The translations under genes were made by a program, and so were the position numbers. The notes beneath the pieces were generated by a model. That model made no database searches. It saw only the letters and a program-made list of their open reading frames with translations, and was not told the DNA's origin. This document shows positions 12,579 through 24,600 of a stretch of 64,000 nucleotides of DNA, in pieces. Source of the DNA: Bugula neritina (lineage: Eukaryota; Animalia; Bryozoa). The stretch spans positions 31,114,773-31,178,772 of the forward strand of contig OZ037766.1 of assembly GCA_964035545.1 (NCBI GenBank), in the 5' to 3' direction. Position 1 is the first letter of the stretch; each line of letters starts with the position of its first letter.

Positions 12579-13991
12579 ATAAACATTTTCATTACACCCA
12601 CCACAGTGTTATATCTCTTTGATTTTAAATGTATTTGATAAGAATTCAGTAATACCTCTAGTTGATGAGTGGTAGCATTTAAAAAAATTGCAACAGCCCT
12701 CAGTTTGTTATAGATGCAACATGCAGCCAGCACAACATTTCGGAGTTATTCGCCCTTTAACATAACATTATGTTGAACCCTACTCCTTTGAATGCAATGC
12801 ATCATAATATGACAACCATGAAATATCACTGCAGCATTAGTATACTTTCAACAAACTGTTACGTGGTAGGGTGCAAAAACTCTTAAATAAGCAGGATATC
12901 TGTTTACAGCGATCATGCATTTCACAGTGATTGGTTGTATATACAGAATCCGTTGTTGCACACCAGAAGGGCAGTAAGTCGACCTGACTTAATTATTATT
13001 ATACCATGAGCAAAATATGCTTATAAGGGCTATGCTATGCAATATTCAGCTTTGCACTTGGAGTTCAACTTAGTTTTTTCGGAGGCTACTCTGATCGGTC
13101 AATATCAAAATATCTGCCCAGTTATTAAAAATCAATAAACTCAACACGATTCTTTTCCAGTTCAGTGTGAAAAAACGAAGTTAATTTTACTTTTTCGGTC
13201 AAGGCTGTTACTAGCGGTTCCAGTTTAAACATTTTGATTCAGCTTTTAAAGCTGTATTTCCTGTTTCCTTATGAACATAAGCTATGTAGACTGCAAAGCG
13301 CAAGGATTTACTCATTGAACTGTAACTATAAGAGTTTTAGTTCAATGGCTTTACACAACACCCTCGATGATTACTATAGCTGTAAATAAGTATTTAAGAT
13401 AGTCATTGATAAAAATCTAAATGTGAGGAAGTTGAAGAACTTTTACTTTGTAGGTAGCAGACTCTGCTACATCCGGCTTTTGAAGTTTAAGCTTGGATTT
13501 ATTTAATATTTTTATAAAATATATTTATTAATAATAATATTAACTATAATAATCTAATATTATAGTATTAGTATTATGATCATTAAACTTCTAAGTTTTT
13601 ATCATTAATTATAAGTGCACTATTACTATTAGCATTAATTAGCCTATAACTTATAAGTATAACTATTAACTATTAGTATTAGTATTAGTATTAATAAATC
13701 TAATAAGTATTAATATTATTATTTACTATAAAATAACGGTATAACTTTAACTATAAGTATAAGTATATTATTATTATTTAGATCATAATGATAATAACTA
13801 ATCATTATGATTATGATTTATGAAGTTGCTTTTCATGCTGCATAAGTTATTAGGCAGCCCATCTTTATCTTCTTTATCTTGAACCTCAAATCTTTCGGTT
13901 CACTAATTCTGTTTATTTAATTTCAATTAAATAAAATTTGTTTTTTCTTAATGTAGTTTTATCTGTTTAAGTGTGAAATTTGGCATTGAAA

Positions 13992-16900
13992 ATGAATGAA
14001 AAGGAAATTATTACTTCTTGGAATGAAGCTGTCGAGCTTTTTAAATCCAATCCTGATGATCACGCCAGCATAAGACAAGCGAGGGATCAACTCAAAACTG
14101 TGATTTCATCATATCCAAAGCAAGGTGTCTCAAAGTTATGCTACAACGTTGCAATTCTCTCTCGGCTCTTGGGAGACAATGTCATGGATTTAGAGGTTGG
14201 AACTCTTTTTCAACATTGGTGTAAATAATTATAATAATCAAATTTTAATTCATAGTCAGTGTTTCAATTTAAAAAATACTTTAGAGTACTTCAGAAATGT
14301 TCCTGTTTTGTAGGAAGATTGCTGTCTAATACCGGTTGTTGACTTTAAGGTTTTGTAGAAACACAATTATTCTCCAGGAGAAACAAAACAATATTTATGA
14401 GTCTACTTTCCACGTGCCACATGGACCACAAATCTTTAAATGAACTCTATTCATTCCTCTACTTTGATTTTAAAGAAATATTATTATGTAATAAAGTGTT
14501 GTTGGTATCTCATAGTAAAAGTTGAAATAGGTACCATATCCTATTTGTATCAGCATACTTGTTATCTACATGGACAGATGACTGCTACTGTTGATGTCGT
14601 TGTAGTACCTAAACCTCTGTCTTGGTAAAGACCAGCACAACGCTATAGCTTACTACCAACGAGGTCTCGTGCAATATGCCATGAAGAGGTCAGTGGTTAT
14701 CCTTGAAAGTCCTGTCATTATTTTGCTTTTTTGCTATTTACTCACATCTGGGAGTTTCATTGCCCTATATGACTGAGTTGCATCATGGGATACTCTCAGC
14801 TTGTACTCTAACTAGTTGGGGTAATCCACATGCTTGCTTTACACAAGCTTGCTTTTAGACATCAGGGTTGTTCCTAGAGAACTGGGAAGGCAATTCCAAT
14901 ATTGAGAAACCTGAATCAGCCCCCATACAAGTACTAGCCCATGCACCAGGCAGATGTGATATATAGTTGTTAGGGAATTAGAAATCTTAACGCTAATCTT
15001 GATGTAACTTTTGTAGATTGACTTGTAAATGCAACACCAGTTTTTTTATAAGTATGTATTGTGTTATACTCTTTGTATTTGTGTTTGCTGTAAGGATTAT
15101 AAAGTACGTATATACTGATATTGGCTGTGTGTTTTATACTGATATGTACTCATGCCACATACTTATAACTATTGTAATGCTGCTTCATGACAAGCCGTGA
15201 CAGGTGTGTTATGTTTGCACAGGTATGCTGACTCAGCAAAGGATTTCCAGAAATGCGTAGATAGCATGAGGCAAGCAACTCTCATAGACTATGCTCAACT
15301 AGGTCTTAGATGTAAGCTCTATCAACACGAGGTGGGTTCCTTCTATACACCCCCTCAATTTGAGATGTACACCCCCTCAATCTGGGTCTAAATTTTGTAT
15401 ATTTTTATAATGATTCACTGAGAAATACTTGGCTTCAGTGCAGACATGCAAATATTTCAGTAGTCAAATATTAGTAAAAAATAACCTAAAAGCTCAGAAA
15501 GCATGTGCAGTAATGGAAAAGTTAGCTTCTCTACTATAAATGAGAAACTGGGACAATGTCATGGACTCTCAACATACACTTCAGGTTGAAATTCATGAAG
15601 ACAAGCGAAGAACTTGGGCTGTGGAAATTTCTTTACACTGGAAATATGATTCTAGCATTCAATATGCAATTATAATTTACTTAAATTTATTTTTTACCAA
15701 AATTCAGTTTAGATTGGACTGGATTGTTACTTGTTTTACACATCAATAAGCCTTCATATTGTTTTCAGGTGATCTACAACGAGGCCGCATGTCATCTAAA
15801 GCTGGGTAACAGGAAGAACTGCATGTACGCCCTTCTAGAGGTCAAGAAGCTTATAGATAAGGACACAACAAAGGTGCTGCACACTCTCGATATCCAAACA
15901 CCTATAGAGTCTGTCAGGGTGTGTAATAATACATTTCAACAGCTTGCAATAGCTTTGAATTTACCTGCATTATAGGCATTAGAACTGTAGGCCCTGTGTT
16001 ATAAGAGTTCAAAGGTTAAATTGAGGTCTATTTGGAATTTTTTTCTCCTCCATTATATGGTTTATACTCTTACAGCGTAGGAACACAATGTTGTTAGACA
16101 CAAAGCACGTTCAATGCCATTTAATGATTTAATCGTCCGAACATTGATTTTTGATTAATAAACATCCTAGTGGAAAATTCTGTTGTCCTGTAGGCTATGC
16201 TCTGAACTCTCAACAGCCGCACTGTACAACCAGATCCTTGTATATCTATACTATATTTGTAGAATGGGGGCAACACTCTAGAAGTCATTGTAGCTGGAGA
16301 GGGCAAGTTATACACCCCTCCTGTGTCTAAACTGAATAACTTAGCTAAGAAGAACTACCTAGGTAAAGCTAAGGTATGCATATACTGACACTCTTTGACG
16401 TGATGGGTCGTGTATCTAACATTTTATTTTATTTAGTGTAATACATGCTGTAAAACAGGATGCAATACGTGGTGTAGTACATAATGCAATACACAGTGTA
16501 AAATATAATGTAATACACAGTGTAATATGCAGTGTAATACGTATTGTAATGTGTGATGCAATGCATAGTGTAATACATCATGTATTGTATGTATCTCATT
16601 GGCAGGTTGTCTCTTCCCTCCAGACTGGTGATACATTCTCAGGGTTTGTCGGTCCTAAACTGGTGAGTCATTTGTACTCGAAGGCTGCACGAGTTTGGTT
16701 TTTTCATATGGCACTTTTACTTTTAAATTGTCTAGATATTCTATATTAATAGTGTAAACATTTGTATATATGGTTTAATGCACATCTTATTGAATTATGC
16801 GTTAGCCATTTATATGTGTGTGAATATATTCATCTATTTTTTTAAATAGAAAGCGTTGGACCGTGTGAAAAAGGTAACTGCTTGCGTGGTTGGAGCTATT

Positions 16901-19900
16901 TTATGTTGATAGATTTGTTATTGTTACATTAGATGAGTTTCTATCACCTGCTTTTTACTCCTCGTAAATTGATTTGATTGAGTTTGACATAATTTACCTC
17001 TCTGTGGTTTTACTGTGCTGGACTTTCACTTACTTGCTCTTGCACGGTGCAACTTGTGTAGAACATTCGGTTACATTTGATAGAGTATAACTTAGTAATG
17101 TGACTCAGTTTGACTTAATGTGACAAGAGTATGAATAGGACTTGGAACTACCAGAATATAGCTGGATTATAATATTTATCTAGCTACATGAGTGCTACGT
17201 TATTGTGTGACCTGAATCAATGTGCCTGCTACATGCATATGATTACTGCTTGTTTTATTCCTGCTACCAACCTGTTTGTGTGCTCTGTTTTGGTTGCTTT
17301 TACTGTTTGCGTTATTGATTAAAGCCAGCTGACATACCTGCATGCAATAAAGGAGTTTCTCCCCCCCCCCCTTTAAGTTCCCTATACATTATATAATACG
17401 TGCTCTAGCTTTATCCTGCTTGCAGCCTAAGAGTTATCTTCCTGTTAGGTTGTATTCCTCAACTATGAATTAGGTAGACAACTCTATACTCCCAACTTAT
17501 TTCGTGTAGTTATATAATTGTCTTCTCTATGTAATAGCATGCTGTGTACTGGTGGTTAAGAGCAGTTTGTAAAGATGTGCATCAGCAATATTGCCCCTAA
17601 GAATTTTTTTCAGTGTGTTAGAGAAAAAGTACTCTAAGCCCATCTCATTGTCAAAGTTTGCACACTAAATATTAACAGGAGCTGGTCGAACTTCAGCAGT
17701 GATTTTTTCTAGCTTGTTGATTGGCTGTTAGAACACAACGTTTGTTTACTATTGTGCAGCATGTGCTCTTGTGATGTAAAAGCTCTAACTCAATCCTGAC
17801 CATATATCACAGTCTCAATTCCTAGACTATAGATATACATGATGTTGGTAGGCTCCCCCAGACCGCCCGTCTTCTCCCAGACCTACTACACCAACTCCAC
17901 AGCTAAGTGAGTCATCAACTTCCAACTCAGCAGATAGCAAATCTCTGCTGGAAGAGTTGGTGAAGAACCAGAAAGTGACGAGCCAATCAGGTAGACCAGG
18001 TAGGGTCAGCAGTTCAGCAGCGTTGATAGACTTCCTAAACAACTGAGATATACGCACACTATGCTACACAGTATGCTATACTATATGTTATACACTATGC
18101 TATACAGTATGCTGTACTATATGCTATACAGTATGCTATACTATATGCTGTATTACACTGTATTACATGCTATAGTAATACCCATGGCGCTATATTATAT
18201 ACTCTGAAAAAATAGCTTTACGTTAACTATCACAAAGTTACTAGTTTATCATGGAAGTATAAATACACACATAGATAAAATTAATGGTTTAAGCACTAAA
18301 AGTGATTACATAATATGGTAAACATAGCCATGACAATACCCAGTCATTATTATTATTACCTACAGTTATGTAATCTTTCAGCGTTAGTGTTAGGACTGAA
18401 TGCCGATAACTGCCAAGGTGGAGTATTGATAGCGTTTATTTATTATGAATTATTTGTGAGTGAAATAGAATACTTAAAGGATTGCTCTATCTTAGTTTAT
18501 TACAATCACTTTATAATTATGAACTATAATCTAATGTGTATGCAAACAATTGTGACTTTGCAAAGGGATATATGCCTAGAAAACAGCTTTTCAAAATTCC
18601 AATTTTGAGGGAGGTAAAATTTTCAGCCATGAAAAAGAATAGCCTAATACGTGACGTGTGAACGCCAGTAATGATGCTGCACGTGCTAACTATAACGCTA
18701 GTATTCAAGGTTGCTGAGCGCAACATCAACCAATAACGCTCAAGCAGTTACAGTGCGCTATATAGGTCAGCTTTGGTGCGCCCCTAACATTGCACAATCT
18801 GACCTAGTTTAGATCGATCGCAGGCATTCATCCTAAAGAATGCATGTTTTTGCAATGCTTTTTTCTATGTTTACAAGCAAAATATGGCCTAATGTTATCA
18901 CATACATGTTATTTAACATGTCAAAAAACTATAGATTGAGATAATTCACATTTGCACTTCTATAAATATACAAATTACGAGCTGAAAGATCACATCTCAC
19001 AGTCATATTTCTATAGTTATTCATTTGTATAGTCACGTGACCAGCAGGAATGCTGGCGCTGTTACATCACATTTCCCAGCTCATTTCAAAATCGGCGTTT
19101 TGGCTGTTACCAATCTACACCCTCAACTTCAACTAACTTTTTCTACCTTTGGTCAAATGCTTTTTGTCAATGCATGCTTAGAAAGACACAATATTATGTG
19201 TGTTTGACCTAAATGGCCATTTATTAGACAAGATAGAGCAATCCTTTAAGAGTGAAGAATTACTTAACTTGACAAATACTATGCATGCATGCCTCTCCAT
19301 TCCAAAGCATTAGCCCAATCCTAATTAGCCACAGCCACTGATGCAAGCTGCTAATGATCGTACGATCATTAGCTGCTTTCTAATTGGCAGATCCTATCCA
19401 TTGTCCAGAGAAATAGCTAGCAATGTATTAGGTATTACATACTTAATTAGCTGAGCGTAGCTTAGAGTATAGTAGATGCTGCACATTCAGGTAGCAGAGT
19501 AAGCATAGGAGTTCTCCTTCTGATATACAATAATTCACCGCGGTATTGCCCATATTTATTATATGGTAATAAGCCATCACTTTGGTCTACCTACCAGAGA
19601 ATAATCTACATTGATTATGAGGACCAAATAATCTCATTTCTTAAACCCACAAGCTCATGTGCCCGGAGTTATGATGATTGCTGAAGACGTCAGTTGTATG
19701 TTACTTTGTTTCAGTTACCCCTGAATATCCGCCTCCTAAGCCTCTCATCAGACCTAAACTAGCTACTCCTACAAGTTCTGGTGGGGTGGATGCAAAGACC
19801 CCCTTAGCAGCAGCAGCAAAGCCCCCTCTCAATCCCAAGCCCAGTGTGTGCAATGTCGAGCTGATAGCTGGTGATAGAATGGAGAAGATGAGCCTGTCTT

Positions 19901-20701
19901 CCAACACCAACTTCCTCAAACTGATGGACACTGTGGGCACAGTCATGGAATATGACAGGGGCACCTTCTCTTTATGGTTGGTGCTTTGACTATGCTCTAT
20001 CTGTTTTGTCTGCCAAGTGAAACTACTTGTTGGAAATGAAACCCCCTAAACACACCTCACCGTACCATAGATCATAACGTGAAATGTCAGCCATTTTTAC
20101 TGTGTCCAGGCTGAAGTTCTCAAAGTCGCTATTTGGTATGACCTAGGACACTTCATTGGACATTTATATTCAATGTCAAATAGGAGCCTGACGTAACTTT
20201 TTAAATCAAACAGTAATCGTATTGCAACACCATACAGGAAGTTCGGACATTTTATAAAGATGGCTGATAATTTACGTTACGGCAAAGTGTGTCTGGGCCA
20301 TACGAGGTTAAAGTTACATTTAAATGATTAACGAATGCGGCCGAGTAGCATCGCTCAATAGTACATCACTGCCGGTGAGGATCACGTGTTATCTGCTAGT
20401 GAATTTATGCGGGTAAATAGTGAAGTAGCGTCCATTGATTGTTCCAACAATGGCAATCATTTAGAATCACGTGATCGTTGATTGCCTGAATGCAACTTTA
20501 TAGTGCCTGCCTTTACTGCTTATATTTTGGGTGCCACTATTTTTGGAGGCTGTCAGGACATTCCAGCTTTTTGATATTTGTTGTAGGTATTTAAACCGTC
20601 AGGGTACATACACTGCTATAGACAGTCAAGATATTGTCGCCCACGTCTGGCGACATAAAGTGAAGAACAACCAAATGACTATCTATGTGTTTGGAGTGTG
20701 A
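13992..20701 (+). CDS. NADPH oxidase activator, p67phox (NCF2)/NOXA1 family: TPR + activation domain + Pro-rich + PB1, ~10 exons
   Basis: Approximate exons: 13992-14195, 14606-14688, 15223-15331, 15769-15918, 16263-16373, 16606-16662, 16850-16873, 17852-17999, 19714-19975, 20587-20701. Motifs: SWNEAV, SKLCYN, KDQHNAIAYYQRG, MRQATLIDYAQLGLRCKLYQHEVIYNEA, LYTPP..KLNNLAKKNYLGKAKVVSSLQTGDTFSGF and a C-terminal PB1-like FSLWYLNRQGTYTAIDSQD..VWRHKVKNNQMTIYV*. Confidence 0.9.
20044..20298. mobile_element. Degenerate MITE-like inverted-repeat element in last intron of the NOX activator gene
   Basis: The left arm ACACAC..CCGTA..ACGTGAAATGTCAGCCATTTTTA..TGTCC resembles the reverse complement of the right arm GGACA..TAAAGATGGCTGATAATTTACGTTACGG..GTGTGT. 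No TSD resolved. Confidence 0.5.
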
Positions 20702-21613
20702 TATAGATGCTGTGCCTCCAGCCCTCTTTTAATTTAAACCACCTATCTTTCTAACTTTTAGACTTATTTACTAACATCATACCAATGGCCTATGCTCACA
20801 TGAATATGTAATATATATTATAAGGAACTCTCTCAATACCCCTGAACAAGTTATTATTGGCAAAAAGCAATATTTTCAACAGAAAACTATGCATAGCACC
20901 TCAAGTTGAAAACCTCAACATTTTAACAAAAAGTTATTGTAGTCACTAGATATAATCAGTATTTTTAATATATTTTCCTTTTAACTATGATCCACAGACA
21001 TTTAATTTCAATGACTTTCAATTTTATAATTTTTTTCCAACATTAATGGCAATCTTGTGATAGTTTATTACCATACTTACACCATATAATTATTTTTATT
21101 CTAGCTATATACAGAGTCTCCGAAATATTGTACTTTTAACGCAATCATAGTATTTTTCTGCTCTATACATTTATATTTACATTTTAGGCATGTTTTGTCT
21201 TACAAATTTTAAAAAAATACAACTGTATTCATACCTATAAATTTGTTCATTCTATCAACACCAACACTGACCTGTGAAAATGTTAATTAGTGTGATTTCA
21301 AGATGAGAAGTTGTGTACTTTGCTTTAAAATCATGCCAAGTATTTATGTACAAAATAGCTTACTACAGCAAAAAAGTTTAGAAAATGGAATACAGAAAAT
21401 TCTATACATAGTTTAGACGGCAAGATACAGTGCAGAAAACAGAGCACCATCCATTAATATCAAGTGTAGTGCAACTTTAAAAGTGACTCTAAAAATAGAA
21501 TATGTTTCACTATCAACAAAGAGTAGCAATGTTGGTTTTCGAGTATAACTCCTATGTCCAGGCTCAAACCACCAACTTACTGAGAATAGCACTAGTCTTT
21601 TATTCTTTGGTCT

Positions 21614-24600
21614 TCAAAGGTTGTCAATTGAAATAACATTCGTGATTGGTTTACCTGTGAAAAAAAAACAAATCTTGAGCAATTTTGAATCAGCATATAT
21701 GGTCATTCCTGAAAAGAAACACAGGAATAAAAATCCGAAGACTTCCGCTTGAATTTTCTAGAAGCTATTGAACAGAAAGATGTGGATGGCAGAAATACAT
21801 TTTGGCATGAATGACAGAAAGTATCCAAAGCATAAATTATCAAGGCTAAACGACACCGGATTATAATGTTTGAAAAATGCATACTCAATAAACAGTTGGT
21901 TTTACTGATGATGACCTGATCGGATAGGTTAAAAACTATATTTTACCTTCTAAAGTGTCCAATATTACTATATCTTTATCATCATTCACAGAACAAATGT
22001 CTTCATTCATAGGCTCCTTGGTAGTGGGGCAGATAGATATATAATACTTCATGCCATTTGCAGGTAAAGGTACATTGGTGGATGGCACCAGCTTGCCAAG
22101 TCTGCTCTTTTTGGTGGGCAAAGGCATAGGAGATTCAAAATAACGATTTCTTTTGTGCCCAGCCGTCTGGTATGTTGGGCCGATTTTTGTTGATTTGTTG
22201 GGTAGGTTGGCAGTGGAAGTAGTTTGACAAGAAGAATTACAGCTAGCAGGATCGCTACTATTAACTGAGGACTTTTCCTTTAAAACAGCTGGTTGAAAAG
22301 ACGAGAGAATATCAATTACAGCTTTCTTATTTTTCTGTACTCTTGTCACTTTCTCGTTTTCTGCCATAAGCAAAGGGAAGTTACTGGCTGTAGTCGGAAT
22401 TTTCTTCAAAGGACTTGATACAATGTCTTTAGTGAATTTTCTCTTTTTCTTTGACGGTGAACAATTATCCAAACCGCTAAAGATTCTCTTACGAACAGGC
22501 CGACTAGTTGACTGATTTGGCAAATACATCTCCTCAAACAGGCTAGTGGATGCAATGTCTTGATGTTTTCTCAATCGCAAAGTTTGTTTTGTAGCAAGAT
22601 TGTAAACAAAATCAGGGAGTTTCGTTAAGCATACATAAGGTTGTTTTATAAGGTGATTGTGAAACATATATACTTTTTGACCCAAGGATTCTTTGTGATT
22701 GCCAGCAGTGCCTTGATTCGTATTGCCTGATTTATATTTTGGACTGATTGTACATCTTTTTAGTGACTTAGTTAGGCTTTGCTGGAATGGATTGTAATGA
22801 GATACGAGCATAGAATCCGCAGCATCTTGTGACACCGTAGCCTTTCTAGCGTTCTTTGTTGGAAACAACTCTGTTAACTGGGCAATTTCATCTAAGTCCT
22901 TGTTAGAAAAAAGGCTTGCTGACCACTGACTATTTGCACAACCATTGACCTGATGGTGCAGTGATCCTTTCAGTTTATCACTTGAATCTGAAAATGTTGA
23001 GGTTCCTTTGGTTTTTACAGTGATTTTTGTGCTGTCAACACATGCTGCCACTTTGTTGCTGTGCGCCGGCGATGAGATTTTTGGATCTGAGAAATCAAGC
23101 GATTTAACCATTGGATGATTATTCGAGGATTGAATAGTTTTCGGAGTCATTATCCCCAGTTGAAAATTACTATCTCCACAGATCTTAGTAGCTTTTATAT
23201 ATGTAGATTTTTCAGATATCTGCTGGTTAAAAACTGAAGATAAAGTAGATTTGTCAGCTGGCGTAGCTGTAGTCAAAGCCCCATGTTTACAATTATACAC
23301 CGAAGAATCCACTGGTTTTTGCATTACCACAGTGGCACAATTCCCATATCCAGACGTGTTAAGTTGGGATAATCTATTTTTAACTGTGAAACTGTTTTTT
23401 GAGGCATCTGTCATAGAATGCCCAACTTGTGATAACAGTGCATTGTTTGTAGACTGAGACATAGAATATAGCTTTTTTTCCGAGATTAAAGAGACAGGGT
23501 GCGAATGAACATTTGCTTTGCTAGCATCTGGCCTGCCAGACACAGGAGCAGAAGACATTACAGCCTTTCTCAGAGAATACACAACTTGAGACCCTGTTGA
23601 TGGGCCCAGCGGTAATCCATTGAGAGATTGTGGTGCTATTGATGGGCCAACTGGGATTCCATTGAGAGATTGTGGCACTGATGATGAGCCTACTGATATC
23701 CCATTGAGAGATTGTGGCACTACTGGTATTCCATTGAGAGATTGTGGCACTACTGGTATTCCATTGGGAGATTGTAGCACTGTTGATGGGTATACTAGTA
23801 TCCCAATGACAGATCGTGGCACTGTTGATGGGCCTAGTGGTATTGCATTGGCAGCTTGTCGCACCGATGATGGGCCTACTGGTATTTTACTGAGAGATTG
23901 TGGCACTACTGGTGTCCCATTGAAAGATTGTGGCACTGTTGATGGGCCTGCTGGCATCCCACTGAGAGAGTCTGACACTGTTGGAACCCCCAATGATATC
24001 ACATTGGATGATGTAATCAATACAAAACCGGTAGGTAAAGTCATAAGAGGTACATCTTTTCTAGGAACAATAGTTGGCTTCAAAGCTAAAAAATTATATG
24101 GAGGAAGCGTTAGGTAACGGTGAAAACATAGTTGACAAGCTTGGTGTATTTATTGATGAAATGTTACCTATGTTACCTATCAAAACAAGGTGCAGTATGG
24201 CTATAATTGATGTAAATGATATATTAACCATTCCAGCAGACATCCATAAAAATACTATTGTAGTATGAAACTAGTATTGAAAGACAGTTTTTACATACGA
24301 TTTTAAAATAACACGTACGTCATCTGCACAAAATGCTGGTACCAACTCAAAAAGGTACAGCAATAATAAAAAGTAGAAATCAATGCAAGGCACTTCAATG
24401 ATGGACAGGTTCAACAAGTGGGTTCAAGCTACACCTAATTTCATCAACTTTCTTGCTAGTTTGCTTCTTCAAGTTTAAACTTGAAGCCATACAAAGAAAA
24501 GAATAAACAAACCTAGCAAAGATGTGGGTGGTTGTTGTACAGGCAACTTTTTTTCGAGAGTGCTCCTAAAGAAGAATTATACAAAAACATCATTATATAG

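Noticed and set aside
15549-15570. 14-bp match (GACAATGTCATGGA) to the end of NOX activator exon 1, suggesting a duplicated exon
   Set aside because: The similarity does not extend, and no compatible splice sites or frame were found.
23620-24117. 165-aa plus-strand ORF with RDCGT repeats
   Set aside because: Antisense shadow of the coding repeat in the minus-strand gene.
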